Shown piece after piece: positions 1-10,173 of a DNA stretch of 64,000 bases (the first letter of the stretch is position 1; every line of letters starts with the position of its first letter). Source of the stretch: an uncultured delta proteobacterium (GTDB lineage Bacteria > Myxococcota > Myxococcia > Myxococcales > Myxococcaceae); contig CAVYSY010000038.1 of the NCBI GenBank assembly GCA_963771175.1, positions 32,001 through 96,000 of the forward strand, in the 5' to 3' direction. The position numbers were made by a program, and so were the translations under genes. The notes beneath the pieces were generated by a model that searched no databases, was not told the DNA's origin, and saw nothing but the letters and a program-made list of their open reading frames with translations.

Positions 1-277
1 CCTTGCCACCCCCGAGGTTCGTGGCGAGGCAGCGAGGCGTGTAGATGAAGCCCCACGGGAAGCCCCACCAGCCCAGGAAGAGCGACATGAGGGTGTAGCC
101 GAGGCTCATGCCGAACGTGCCCTGCCCGGCCCGCACGAAGTAGACATCCGAGCAGCGTTTGAAGCTCAGCACGAGCACCGAGACGCAGTACTCGAAGACG
201 ACGAACTTCCCGCCGCGCCGCAACTCGTCGTGGATCTGCGCCGTGGACATGCCGTCCATGCCGTGGATGCCAGTCAT
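1..277 (-). CDS. Conserved hypothetical membrane protein, truncated by window start
   Basis: Not in the ORF track. Manual translation gives MTGIHGMDGMSTAQIHDELRRGGKFVVFEYCVSVLVLSFKR...LFLGWWGFPWGFIYTPRCLATNLGGGK. G-rich RBS lies upstream of ATG 277. Confidence 0.75.
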   Translation of the reverse strand, partial: MTGIHGMDGMSTAQIHDELRRGGKFVVFEYCVSVLVLSFKRCSDVYFVRAGQGTFGMSLGYTLMSLFLGWWGFPWGFIYTPRCLATNLGGGK

Positions 278-603
278 ACTGCCCCCCTGTCCGAGAAGTG
301 CGGCCCCGGCCGCGCTGAACAGTGCGCGCAGCGTACATGGGCGATGCCCGCAAGCACAGCGGCCCCCCGGGCGAGCGAGCGCAGCCGCACGAGAAGCAAG
401 AGGGCTCCAAGACTCCGCGTACAGGAGTATCCGACGAGGCCTCTTGGCGGTAAAGAGCGCTACGCGCGCAGTCCAGGCGCGCCCTGTCTCGTTTTAGCGG
501 AAGTTGAGCGGTGCTGGCCTTCCCGCCGGGCATGCAGCGGAGCGGCCTTCGTCTCCTGCCACCCTCCGAGCCCCTGCTTACCGTGAGCACATGGGAGGCA
601 GGA

Positions 604-1131
604 ATGGCCACGAAGAAGACGGAGAAGAAGGACCCCATCGAGCACCTGGGCGAGCTCATCCACGGCATCAAGGTGACGATGATGACGACGGTGGAGGAGG
701 ACGGCACCCTGCGCAGCCGCCCCATGTGGACGCATGACCGGGACTTCGACGGGGAGCTGTGGTTCTTCACCCGCGAGCACTCACCCAAGGTGGACGCGGT
801 GGAGCGAGACCATCACGTCAACCTCTCCTATTCCGACCCCACGAGGGACCGGTATGTCTCGGTGAGCGGCCAGGGCCGGCTGGTGCTCGACAAGGAGAAG
901 GCGCGCGAGCTGTGGAACCCCACCCTCAAGGCCTGGTTCCCCAAGGGGCTGGATGACCCCGAGCTCGCCCTGCTCTGCGTGAAGGTGAACAAGGCCGAGT
1001 ACTGGGACACCCCCAACAGCCGCATGGTGCAGCTCGTGGGCTTCGTGAAGGGCGTCCTCACCGGCGAGCCGTACCGCCCGGGCGACAACGAGAAGGTGAA
1101 CCTCGACGAGGCCGGTGCCCCGCTGCACTGA
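604..1131 (+). CDS. General stress protein 26 / pyridoxamine 5'-phosphate oxidase-like split-barrel protein
   Basis: Motifs MMTT..DG.L.SRPM, GELWFFT, ELWNPTLKAWFPKGLDDP, AEYWD; GGAGG RBS before ATG 604. Confidence 0.9.
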   Translation: MATKKTEKKDPIEHLGELIHGIKVTMMTTVEEDGTLRSRPMWTHDRDFDGELWFFTREHSPKVDAVERDHHVNLSYSDPTRDRYVSVSGQGRLVLDKEKARELWNPTLKAWFPKGLDDPELALLCVKVNKAEYWDTPNSRMVQLVGFVKGVLTGEPYRPGDNEKVNLDEAGAPLH

Positions 1132-1294
1132 CGCCCCGCGCTCGTCTGCGTCGTCGTCTTTTGGACCCCGCCGTCAGCGAGGCGTTGGACTGGCCAACAG
1201 CGCGCCCGGGGATCGCCCTCGGAGCCCCTTGCATTCAACGGTGGGGGGCCTCACGCATGGCGGAACGTTCTGGTTCCAGGGGAGAGGCGAGCGC

Positions 1295-2626
1295 ATGGAC
1301 CACAAGGCGAGAGCTGTCTCCAAGCCCGAGGGGAAGCTGGCGGTGCTGCTGCCGGGGCTCGGCGCGGTTTCGACCACGCTGATCGCGGGCGTGGAGCTGA
1401 TGCGGATGGGGAAGGGCGTGCCGGTGGGCTCGCTGACGCAGATGGGCATGGCCCGCCTGGGCAAGCGCACCGAGGGGCGCAACGTGCGCATCAAGGACCT
1501 GGTGCCGATCGCCTCGGTGAAGGACGTGGTCTTCGGAGCCTGGGACATCATCGGCGAGAACGCGTATCAGGTGGCCGAGCGCTCCGCGGTGCTGAGCAAG
1601 GAGCACCTGGCGCTGGTGAAGCCCGCGCTCGAGAAGCTCAAGCCCAAGAAGGGCGTCTACAACCCCGAGTTCGTGCGCCGCATCGCGGCCAACCACTTCA
1701 AGGGCACGAAGACGCACCGCAAGAGCATCGAGGCGCTGCGCCAGGACATCCGAGACTTCCTCGAGGAGCTGGGGGCGAAGCGCGCGGTGATGGTGCTGTG
1801 CGCCTCGGTGGAGACGTACGCCGCGCCGCCCCAGGCGGTGAGCTCGCTGGAGGAGCTGGAGAAGGCGCTGGATGCCAATGACCCCAGCATCAACCCCACG
1901 CTGCTCTACGCCTACGCGGCGCTCCAGGAGGGCGTGCCCTTCGCCAACGCGACGCCGAACCTGTGCGTGGACACCCCGGCGCTGCAAGAGCTGGCGCGCC
2001 AGCAGGGAGTGCCGGTGGCGGGGAGGGATCTCAAGAGCGGCCAGACGATGATGAAGACGGTCATCGCCCCGGCGCTCAAGGCGCGCATGCTGGGCCTGGA
2101 GGGCTGGTTCTCCACCAACATCCTCGGCAACCGGGACGGCGAGGTGCTCGACGACCCGCGGGCCTTCAAGGCCAAGGAAGTGACGAAGTCGGGCGTGCTG
2201 GACACCATCCTCCAGCCGGAGCTCTACCCGGAGCTCTACGGCAAGGTGAGCCACAAGGTGTCCATCCACTACTACCCGCCTCGCGGCGACGCGAAGGAGG
2301 GCTGGGACAACATCGACCTCTTCGGGTGGATGGGCTACCCGATGCAGCTCAAGGTCAACTTCCTCTGCCGCGACTCCATCCTCGCCGCGCCGCTGGTGCT
2401 GGACATCGCGCTGTTCATGGACCTGGCGCGGCGCCTGGAGTGGAAGGGCATCCAGGAGTGGATGTCCTTCTACTTCAAGAGCCCCATGGCCCAGCCCGGC
2501 CTGCAGCCCGAGCATGACCTGTTCATCCAGACCACCAAGCTGAAGAACACGCTGCGGGTGATTGCCGGAGAGGAGCCCCTCACGCACCTGGGGCTCGACT
2601 ACTACGCCGAGGACCTGCCGCTCTGA
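1295..2626 (+). CDS. ino1: Myo-inositol-1-phosphate synthase
   Basis: GLGAVST NAD-binding loop, GRDLKSGQT, STNILGNRDG, GDAKEGWD, CRDSILAAPLVLD, SFYFKSP. Confidence 0.95.
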   Translation: MDHKARAVSKPEGKLAVLLPGLGAVSTTLIAGVELMRMGKGVPVGSLTQMGMARLGKRTEGRNVRIKDLVPIASVKDVVFGAWDIIGENAYQVAERSAVLSKEHLALVKPALEKLKPKKGVYNPEFVRRIAANHFKGTKTHRKSIEALRQDIRDFLEELGAKRAVMVLCASVETYAAPPQAVSSLEELEKALDANDPSINPTLLYAYAALQEGVPFANATPNLCVDTPALQELARQQGVPVAGRDLKSGQTMMKTVIAPALKARMLGLEGWFSTNILGNRDGEVLDDPRAFKAKEVTKSGVLDTILQPELYPELYGKVSHKVSIHYYPPRGDAKEGWDNIDLFGWMGYPMQLKVNFLCRDSILAAPLVLDIALFMDLARRLEWKGIQEWMSFYFKSPMAQPGLQPEHDLFIQTTKLKNTLRVIAGEEPLTHLGLDYYAEDLPL

Positions 2627-3318
2627 GCTGAGCGCGGCGGGAGCGGCACGAACCGCAACCCGAAGGCCCAGGCTGGGAAAGCCGTGGCGATGAGCCCCGC
2701 GCCAAACCCATACAACAGCTCATCGAGAGGAACACCGAGGAGCCTGCCGTCCAGCAGCAGGCTCGGGCGCCACGCGCGCTCGAAGACGCCGGGCACGAGC
2801 AACTCGAAAACGAGGCAAAGCCCCAGGTAGAGGGTAGCCGAGAGCAACGCGCCCAGCAGGCTCGGCCCCAGCAGGTCCCCGCGCCTCACCAGGATGCCGG
2901 CGACAGCCAACACCATCGCCGCCACGGCGGCGTAGAGGATGGGCACGCCCACCGCGAGCAGCAGCCCGACCACCACGAACGTGAGCACGAGCGAGCCCAC
3001 GGCTCGCGCCCACGGCCTCTCGCTCGCGCCACGGGACACCAGGGTGCGGCGGAACGCCACGGCATACGCGCTGGAGCAGAAGGCCCCGAGTCCCACCACG
3101 AACAGCACGTCCTCGATGCCGAAGCCGATCCGATCCGCCAGGTCGAACAGGAACCGAGGGGTCCAGTACTCCGGGTAGAACAGCCACTCGGTCGCCGCGA
3201 ACGGGAGCGAGAGCAGCGCCACCCGCTTCATCAGCCAGCGCAGGTCCGGGCGCACGAGCCAGACGAGCACTCCCGGCACCAGGAACAGGAGCGCCAGCAC
3301 CAGGAACTCGTAGGTCAT
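2602..3318 (-). CDS. Lycopene-cyclase-domain (CrtYc/Yd-like) integral membrane protein
   Basis: Multi-TM protein with two repeats ending in acidic motifs GFGIEDVLF and GVPLDELLY, each preceded by a Trp, as in membrane lycopene cyclase domains. Confidence 0.7.
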   Translation of the reverse strand: MTYEFLVLALLFLVPGVLVWLVRPDLRWLMKRVALLSLPFAATEWLFYPEYWTPRFLFDLADRIGFGIEDVLFVVGLGAFCSSAYAVAFRRTLVSRGASERPWARAVGSLVLTFVVVGLLLAVGVPILYAAVAAMVLAVAGILVRRGDLLGPSLLGALLSATLYLGLCLVFELLVPGVFERAWRPSLLLDGRLLGVPLDELLYGFGAGLIATAFPAWAFGLRFVPLPPRSAQSGRSSA

Positions 3319-3325
3319 GGCGTCC

Positions 3326-4234
3326 TCAGGAGACCGTCAGGCCCAGGAGGGGAATCATGACCATCGCCAGGGTGGCGGTGATGGCGGCCGCGACCCGGAG
3401 CTGGATGAGACGGGAGCCGGGTGGCGCGGGATGAACCAGTGGCACCGCGAGCGCCGCCATCGCCGGCACGAGCAGCCCCGCGCCCGCGCTCAGGCCCACG
3501 GCGCCCAGTCCGAACGGGGCCAGCGCCAGCGAGAGCCCGTTGAGCGCCACGATGGCCCAGGCAGCCCGCTCGCCCCCCACCCGCGCCGGCAGCGTGTACT
3601 TGCCGCTCTCCCGGTCCGAGGGCTCGTCGGGGAGCGCGGTGGCGATGGCACAGCCGAGATGCGTGGGCAGCAGCAGCGCGAGGAGCGCCCAGGGAAAGCT
3701 CGCGAGCTCCCCGCCCTGCGCGACATAGCCATAGAGCGGCAGCACCCCGGCGACGCCCACCATCTGCAGCAGCTCCCCGCCTCCCCGGTAGGAGAGCCGG
3801 AGCGGCGGATAGCTGTAGGCCCACAGCAGCGCCAGTGCCGCCATCGCCAGCGGTACGAGCAGCGGCGCGCCCCGAGCCACCGCCAGCCCCGCCGACAGGA
3901 CCAGCAGCGCCCCCGCGCAGAGGAGGGCGGCGAGACCGAGCGCTCGCGCTGGGAGCCGGCCCTCGACCAGCACGCGCGACCCGCCGGAGAAGAGGGTGGC
4001 CGTCCGGTTGCGCCGGTCGGTCTCCTGGTCCGCCCAATCATTCGCGTAGACGATGAAGAGCTGATCGAGCAGCCCGAAGAGCTGGACCCCCACCAGCGTC
4101 CCGAGCTCGAGCGCTCGGCCCCGCATGTGCGCGGCGACGACCTGCCCGAGCAGCAGCGGGAGCGCGAGGTACGACTGCGAGGGGAGCCGCGAGGCCTGGA
4201 GCCACGTCCGGAGCGCCGCCAGCCCGGCCCTCAC
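3326..4234 (-). CDS. UbiA-family (MenA/UBIAD1-like) prenyltransferase
   Basis: NDWADQETD and LPDEPSDRESGKYT Asp-rich motifs, SGGSR, YRGGGE; GTG start overlaps upstream stop (GTGA). Confidence 0.88.
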   Translation of the reverse strand: MRAGLAALRTWLQASRLPSQSYLALPLLLGQVVAAHMRGRALELGTLVGVQLFGLLDQLFIVYANDWADQETDRRNRTATLFSGGSRVLVEGRLPARALGLAALLCAGALLVLSAGLAVARGAPLLVPLAMAALALLWAYSYPPLRLSYRGGGELLQMVGVAGVLPLYGYVAQGGELASFPWALLALLLPTHLGCAIATALPDEPSDRESGKYTLPARVGGERAAWAIVALNGLSLALAPFGLGAVGLSAGAGLLVPAMAALAVPLVHPAPPGSRLIQLRVAAAITATLAMVMIPLLGLTVS

Positions 4235-4956
4235 GACGCGGACTCTCGCGAGAAACCGAGTCGCTTCGCGGCCTCGGCACGCAGGTCGGTGAAGGGCAGG
4301 TCCCAGCGGCGCTCGCCATCGAGCCGCCACGCCTTGACGGGGATGAAATCCGCCTGGGCGAGCACCTGGTGCAGGTGCGCCTCCTCTCGGGGCTCCCTGC
4401 AGAAGGTGAAGGGGTTGCGGAACTCCTGGCCCTGGAGCTGCCCGTACTTGCTGTCATTGCCTGCGATGAGCTCGAGGAGCTTCTCGCGCCGGGAGTCCAG
4501 GTAGTCGAAGAACGCCAGGTCGAAGGGTCCGATGCTCGCGCGGAGCGACGGCTCACGCGCCACCCAGCGGGCCCAGTCGTAGCCGTAGAGGAAGTCGTGG
4601 GCATAGCGGAAGCGCAGCTCCGACTTGTTGCCGAAGCCGCGGCACACCACCACCACGCGACGGACGAAGCCGTCGATCTCCTCCGGCCCACCCGCGCTCC
4701 ACATACAGCACGCCAGGTAATCGAGGTCCCAGAAGACGTTGTCGGGAAAGTCTTCCGCGAGCGTCCGGATCACCTCGCAGAGGCCCCGGACGAAGGCGCG
4801 CAGCCGCACCACCTCGTCGCGGTCACCCACCACCCGCGCCACCAGCTCGACGGGCGGGAGCGCGTGCGGTCGGCTGGAGTCGAGCGAGGAACCCTCTCGG
4901 AGCAGGGGCTCCACACACTCGAGCTCGAAACGGATGTCCTCCGGCAACCCTCTCAC
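4231..4956 (-). CDS. Hypothetical soluble protein in prenyltransferase operon
   Basis: GTGA overlaps at both ends; aromatic/acidic motifs FPDNVFWDLDY, RFRYAHDFLYGYDWARW, FRNPFTF. Confidence 0.75.
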   Translation of the reverse strand: MRGLPEDIRFELECVEPLLREGSSLDSSRPHALPPVELVARVVGDRDEVVRLRAFVRGLCEVIRTLAEDFPDNVFWDLDYLACCMWSAGGPEEIDGFVRRVVVVCRGFGNKSELRFRYAHDFLYGYDWARWVAREPSLRASIGPFDLAFFDYLDSRREKLLELIAGNDSKYGQLQGQEFRNPFTFCREPREEAHLHQVLAQADFIPVKAWRLDGERRWDLPFTDLRAEAAKRLGFSRESAS

Positions 4957-5903
4957 CGTGAGCCTCCCAATCCAGCGACGAGCACCAGGGCCGACAGCGC
5001 CACCGTGCCCCACCAGATGGCGCGGTGGAGCTCCACCTTGTACGCCGACTGCGCGCCGAACGCATTCGTCACGGCGGCCGGGCTCCTCCGCAGGCTTCGC
5101 ACGCCGAAGAACCCCGTCAACAGCGCGGCGGGCACCACCGACCAGACAGGAGGCACGTCCCCGGACAACCCGCCCACCCCGAGCCAGAGGAGCACGCCGA
5201 GACCCAGCAGCACCTCCGCGCCCCTGCGGGCCACCGCGTTGCCCAGCAGCGTGGTGAAGGTGTGCTTGCCCCCGGCGCGGTCGCTCTCCTCGTCGGACAG
5301 CCCACTGGCCAGGGCGCTCGACAGCGACAGCGCGAGCAGGCCCGGCGCCAGTGCCCCCAGCCACGCGGGAGCCCAGGCCCCGCACTGGGCATAGACATGC
5401 AGCGCGGGGAGCACGCCGCCCACGCCCACCATCTCCAGCAACTCACCCCCGCCCCGGTAGTTGAGCCGCAGGGGCGGCAGCGTATAGGCCACGAAGACGA
5501 GCAACCCGAGCGCGGCGAGGGGCAGCAGCAGCGGGCGCTCCAGGACGACACCGGCCCCCCACGCCACCAGCAGCGCCACGGCACCGGCGCCCAGGCCGGC
5601 GGCGAGCAGGGCGCCTCCGGGAAGGATGCCGTCGGGGATCGTCTTCGGCGAGCAGCCCTGGGGGAACATGCGGCGCTTGAGGACATCCACCTCGCGATCG
5701 CCCCAGTCGTTGAGCAGCACGATGAAGGCGACGTCGGCGCTCATCCACAGCACGCCGAAGACGAGCGCTCCCATGGACACGTGACCAGCGGTGGCCGCGC
5801 CCACGGCCTGACCGAACAGGGCCGGGACGAACACCTTCGGCCAGCTCGCCGGCTTGAGGGCATACCACCACCGCCCCGCGGGACTCATCGACTCGACACG
5901 CAC
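4953..5903 (-). CDS. UbiA-family (MenA/UBIAD1-like) prenyltransferase
   Basis: NDWGDREVD and LSDEESDRAGGKHT motifs, YRGGGELL; GGAGG RBS. Alternative ATG at 5888. Confidence 0.88.
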   Translation of the reverse strand: MRVESMSPAGRWWYALKPASWPKVFVPALFGQAVGAATAGHVSMGALVFGVLWMSADVAFIVLLNDWGDREVDVLKRRMFPQGCSPKTIPDGILPGGALLAAGLGAGAVALLVAWGAGVVLERPLLLPLAALGLLVFVAYTLPPLRLNYRGGGELLEMVGVGGVLPALHVYAQCGAWAPAWLGALAPGLLALSLSSALASGLSDEESDRAGGKHTFTTLLGNAVARRGAEVLLGLGVLLWLGVGGLSGDVPPVWSVVPAALLTGFFGVRSLRRSPAAVTNAFGAQSAYKVELHRAIWWGTVALSALVLVAGLGGSR

Positions 5904-6059
5904 GGCTCACGCCTCCCCGTCGATGGCTCATAGCGACAGGGACTCACCGGGGCAACTCCTCGACGCACCACCCCGCTCGCGGATGTCCACGGGACGGAAT
6001 CCGCCGGGCCCCACCTGCTGCGTCGGGTGGACACAACCTTCCCGCCCTGGGTGCCAGGC

Positions 6060-6461
6060 TCAGCGAGTGAGCGCGGAGGCGATGACGTTGAGCACCTTGA
6101 GCTGGGACGGGGACAGGTTGCGCAGCGAGCGAGCCAGCTTCCGCAGGTCCGGGGAGCGCTCCTCGCGCGGGGGCAGCGAGTCCACCCAGGCCGTCACCTC
6201 CGAGTGACTCAGGCTCAGCAGCGTGTCCGAGGGAATCTTCAGGACGATGCTCAGTCGGCGCAGTGTGGGGACGCTGGGCATCATCCCCCCGCGCTCGATG
6301 CGGCCATAGACACCCGGGGCCAGGCCCACCTTCTCGGCCGCCTCCGCCTGCGTGAGTCCCGCGCGCAGCCGGGCGGCACGCGCCGCAGCCCCCAGGGCGA
6401 GGGCCAGCTTGTCGTCCATACGCTGCTGCGAGCTTGGGGGAGGGGTGCGTTTCGATGCCAT
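6060..6461 (-). CDS. XRE-family helix-turn-helix transcriptional regulator
   Basis: RLRAGLTQAEAAEKVGL...YGRIERG..MPSVPTL. Alternative start at 6419. Confidence 0.9.
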   Translation of the reverse strand: MASKRTPPPSSQQRMDDKLALALGAAARAARLRAGLTQAEAAEKVGLAPGVYGRIERGGMMPSVPTLRRLSIVLKIPSDTLLSLSHSEVTAWVDSLPPREERSPDLRKLARSLRNLSPSQLKVLNVIASALTR

Positions 6462-6550
6462 GGCGCCTGACGTCAAAAGAGACGTTGGAGGACATTACCC
6501 GAGAGGCCAACCCGCGCCTAGGGACTTGCGGAATCTCCCTCCCCCGAGGA

Positions 6551-7851
6551 CTAACCAGCGCCCGCCGGACGCCTCCTGGACTCGGCCGAGCCCGCGCCGG
6601 AGCCAGGGGGCAGGACAATCTGGAGGATGCGCTCGCGCCGGCGCCGGGCCATGTCCTGCCGGCGCTCGAGCGCGGTCCGCTCCTGGCGGGCCTCGCGCGG
6701 CTCGGTGACGGCCCGGGACGCGAGCGCCACGAGCCGCTCCTGGATGGCCAGCAGCTCCTCGTCGAGGAGCACGGGCTGGATGTGGCGCGGCACCTTGTTC
6801 CGACCCTGCGCGACGTAGTGGTTGTTCTCGATCCACACCGGGAGGACGGACAGGCCCTCCAGTGCCACGGGCGCGCCCGGCTGGGGACGCACGAGCGAGA
6901 ACCGCAGCAGCAGGGAGTCGCGCTTCTTGCCGCTGTCCTCCGGCTGCTGGCCGTGGATGTAGTACCGATCCTGGTTGGCGATGAGGTTGCCCAGCGAGAA
7001 GGCGACGAGCGTGTCGCGCCCGGAGGAGGTGCGGTAGGACCTCGATGGGCTGAAGCACGTGGGGGTGGTGGCCGATGATGGCGAGCGCGCCGGCCTCGAG
7101 CAGGGCGCGGGCCAGCTTCCGGTCCTCCGGGTGCGGCGTGTGCGAGTACTCGGTGCCCCAGTGGATGGCGACGATGAGCGCGTCGCAGCGCCGGGCCGCG
7201 GCGCGGACCAACTCCACGGCCGACGCGGGGGCCAGCCAGCTCCCGCTCGCCTTGGGGACGTAGGGCACGTAGGCGACGTGGGGCGAGACGTCCGGATCGA
7301 CCGGGTTGCGGGCGCCGTTCAGCCACCGGGTGAAGGACAGGAAGCCGATGCGCATCCCGTGCTTCTCGATGATGAGGGGCTCCCACGCGGCGGCCTCGGA
7401 GGGGCCCGAGCCGACGCCCCGGAGGCCGGCCTCGGCCACGTGCTTCCACGTCGTGGGGACGACCCGCGCGGCGCTGGTCGAAGGCATGGTTGTTGGCCAG
7501 CGAGACGACATCCACCCCGGCGGCGGCCATCGCGCGCAGCATGGCGGGAGGCGCGTCGAAGATGAGGGGCCCGGTGGGAGCGCGCGGGTCTCCGCTGACG
7601 GGCGTCTCCAGGTTCACCATGGCGAGGTCGGCGGTGCGCAGCACGTCGGCGATGGGCCCGAAGACATGGTCCCAGCCCTCGTTGTTGAGCGACCGAGCGG
7701 GGCCCGCGTCACCCGAGCCGTGGCGCGCGTGGTCGGCCGCGGCCTCCTTCACCTCGCCGTGAGGGATGACATCCCCACCGAAGACGAGCTCCACGCGGTC
7801 GGGCGTGGTTGCACACAACAGGGGCACGAGCAGGAGCGCCGGGGCGAACAC
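6551..7851 (-). CDS. CapA/PgsA-family metallophosphoesterase, split by two apparent frameshifts (~7465, ~7035)
   Basis: GGDV, VNLETP, SLANNHAFD, IHWGTEY, GHHPHVLQ and FSLGN motifs spread across three frames. Confidence 0.85.
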
Positions 7852-8002
7852 GCCCTCAGGCTAGCCGAGCAGACGGGCAGGAGGACAGTTTCTCCCCTCG
7901 TGAGCGAGCGACCGCCAGTCGGATGGCCCCATCGGTCCGCGTCCGCCGCCCTGCCCTTCTCCTCCGCCGCGAGGGAGCACACCGTTGCCCAGGAGGGCAT
8001 CG

Positions 8003-9356
8003 ATGCCACCGCGCCTGATCAAACTGTGGGCCTCCATCCTGTCCGGCCTCTGGTTCCGGCCCGTGCTGTACCTGACCACGGGCATCGCGCTCGGCCTGGT
8101 GCTACCGGCGCTGGACCGGAGCTGGCCGACGCTGGGCCTGACGCTGCGCTCGTACTGGGTGTCGAACTACCTCCCGACGACACCGGACAGCAGCCGGGAG
8201 GTGCTCATCGGCATGGCGGCTGCACTCGTCACCGTCATGACGGTGGCGGCCTCCATGACGATGGTCGCGGTACAGCTCGCCTCCACGCAGTACACCCCTC
8301 GGCTGCTGGGCCGCTTCATGGCGGACCACACCACGCAGCGGGTCCTCGGCACCTATCTGCTCACCGTGGTGTACCTGCTGCTCCTGCTCGGAGTGGTGGG
8401 CACCCAGGCCAAGGAGAGCGAGGAGGTGTCGCTGCCCGTCATCTCGCTCGGGGTGGCGCTGGCCCTCACCCTGCTCTGCCTGCTGATGCTGCCCTACTTC
8501 CTCCACCACGCCGCCCATTCCGTGGAGGCGAGCACCATCATCGCGACCATCGGGCGGGAGATTATCCACGAGCTGAACCAGTTGGAAAGCCACAGGGAGG
8601 AGGAGCTGAGCGAAACCCTGCCCGGCCCCAGCGAGGCGGCCACGGTCTTCGCCGCGAGGGAGACGGGTTACGTGCAGCTCGTGGATCATGCGCGGCTGCT
8701 CGCGGCCCTGCCGAAGGGCGTGCACACGGTGCGGCTCGACGTGCGCACCGGAGACTTCCTCTTCCCGGGGTTGCCGCTGCTGTCGCTCTGGCCCCAGGTG
8801 CCCCTGAGTGAGCGGCAACAGGCGCGACTGCACGCCGCGTTCGCGGTGGGCCACACCCGCACCACACAGCAGGACGTGCTCTACGGCGTGCGGCAGCTCG
8901 TGGACATGGCCCTCAAGGCGCTCTCGCCCGCCATCAACGACGTCACCACCGCGGTGATGGTGGTCAACGAGCTGGGCGCGGTGGGACACGCGGTGGCGCA
9001 CAAGGGGTGGCTCGGCCAGGGCTGGTGGAGGCGGCGGCACAGAGGCGTGACCTTGCTGCGCCCCGGCTTCGGGCTCGTGCCCTTCCTGCAGGACGCGTTC
9101 GGGGAGATTCCTACTTGCCGCCAACTCGCAGCCGCGAGTCATCGTCCGCGTCATGGAGGTGCTCGCGCAGATCGCCAGCGTGGAGACCCAGGAGGCGATG
9201 CGGGGGACGCTCGTGCAGACCGGACGCGCGGTGTACGAGGCAGCACGACTCGGCAACCAGAGGGAGCGCGACGTGCGGCTCATCGAGGAGCGCTGGAGCG
9301 AGCTGCAGAAGGAGGCCACCCAGCCGGGCGCCCTGACCTGCGAGACCGTGCACTGA
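8003..9356 (+). CDS. DUF2254-family membrane protein, apparent frameshift near 9115
   Basis: VQLASTQYTPRLL, TGYVQ, QQDVLYGVRQLVDMALKALSPAINDVTTA; C-terminus continues in ORF 9153..9356. Confidence 0.85.
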
Positions 9357-9457
9357 AGGGGACGGGGGTTGAAACGCGCGGACGGCTCGGTCATCTGGGG
9401 GAGGCCATGGGGGACCCTTCGCCTCCGCCCCACCAGCCATGCCATCTTGAGCCGAGC

Positions 9458-10169
9458 ATGAGCATTCCGCCCTTCACACGATGGCTCCCGCTCCTCGGCC
9501 TGCTGCTGGCCGCTTGTGCCACTTCAACGCCCGTTCTTCGGGAGGATGACGAAGCGCCCGAGGTCGTGTCCTCGTGGGAGGAAGCCCGAGCGGACCCGAG
9601 CTGCGTGGTGCCGCTGTGTGACGAGGAACGCTGCGCTATCTGGCGCTGCCAGGACCTCGTGGAGGAGGTGGACGACTCCCCTTCCGTGGTGCTGGCACGT
9701 GGGCCCATGCCCGTGGTGGGCCTTCGCCCTCCCCTGGTGGGCAACCCCAGCCGCTGGTGGGCACCACCTCTGGCCGCGCCCACCTACGCGGAACCTGTCT
9801 TTGAAATCCCCTGGCACAACTGGAAGACGCGCGAGCAGCTCGCACAACAGCGCAAGCACCCGCTCGGGTGCATGCTCCCGCCCGAGCCCCTCGAGAAGCA
9901 CCACATCTTCCCGCAGCAGGAAGAGCTGGCCAGGTGGTTCGCGAGCAAGGGCATCGACATTCACGACTTCACCGTCAGCATCCCCAGGAGCTTCCACCGA
10001 TGGCTGCACAGCGGCGGACCCTCGGGCGGCCAGTGGAATGCCGCCTGGCGGCAATTCAAGGAGGATAACGGTCGGAGCCGGCCCGAAGGAGATCTGGCGG
10101 TTCGCGTTCGAGCTCATGTTCTTTTTCAACGTGAATGGCCCACTCAGCCCCTACTACTGCCAGGATTGA
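9458..10169 (+). CDS. sitA6: SitA6/TIGR02269-type polymorphic toxin lipoprotein, copy 1 (+1 frameshift near 10070)
   Basis: Lipobox LLAAC, Cys-rich CVVPLCDEERCAIWRCQD, C-terminal HHIFPQ...HRWLHSGG...GGQWN domain; followed by an immunity-type gene. Confidence 0.85.
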
Positions 10170-10173
10170 GCTG

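Noticed and set aside
333..351. Possible myxobacterial LexA box (CTG...GTTCAGC on the minus strand)
   Set aside because: Spacing is one base off the consensus as I recall it, and the neighbouring genes are not SOS genes.
1295..5903. ino1 plus UbiA genes as an ebo-type cluster
   Set aside because: ino1 is convergent rather than co-transcribed, and the TatD, xylose-isomerase-like and phosphodiesterase ebo genes are absent.
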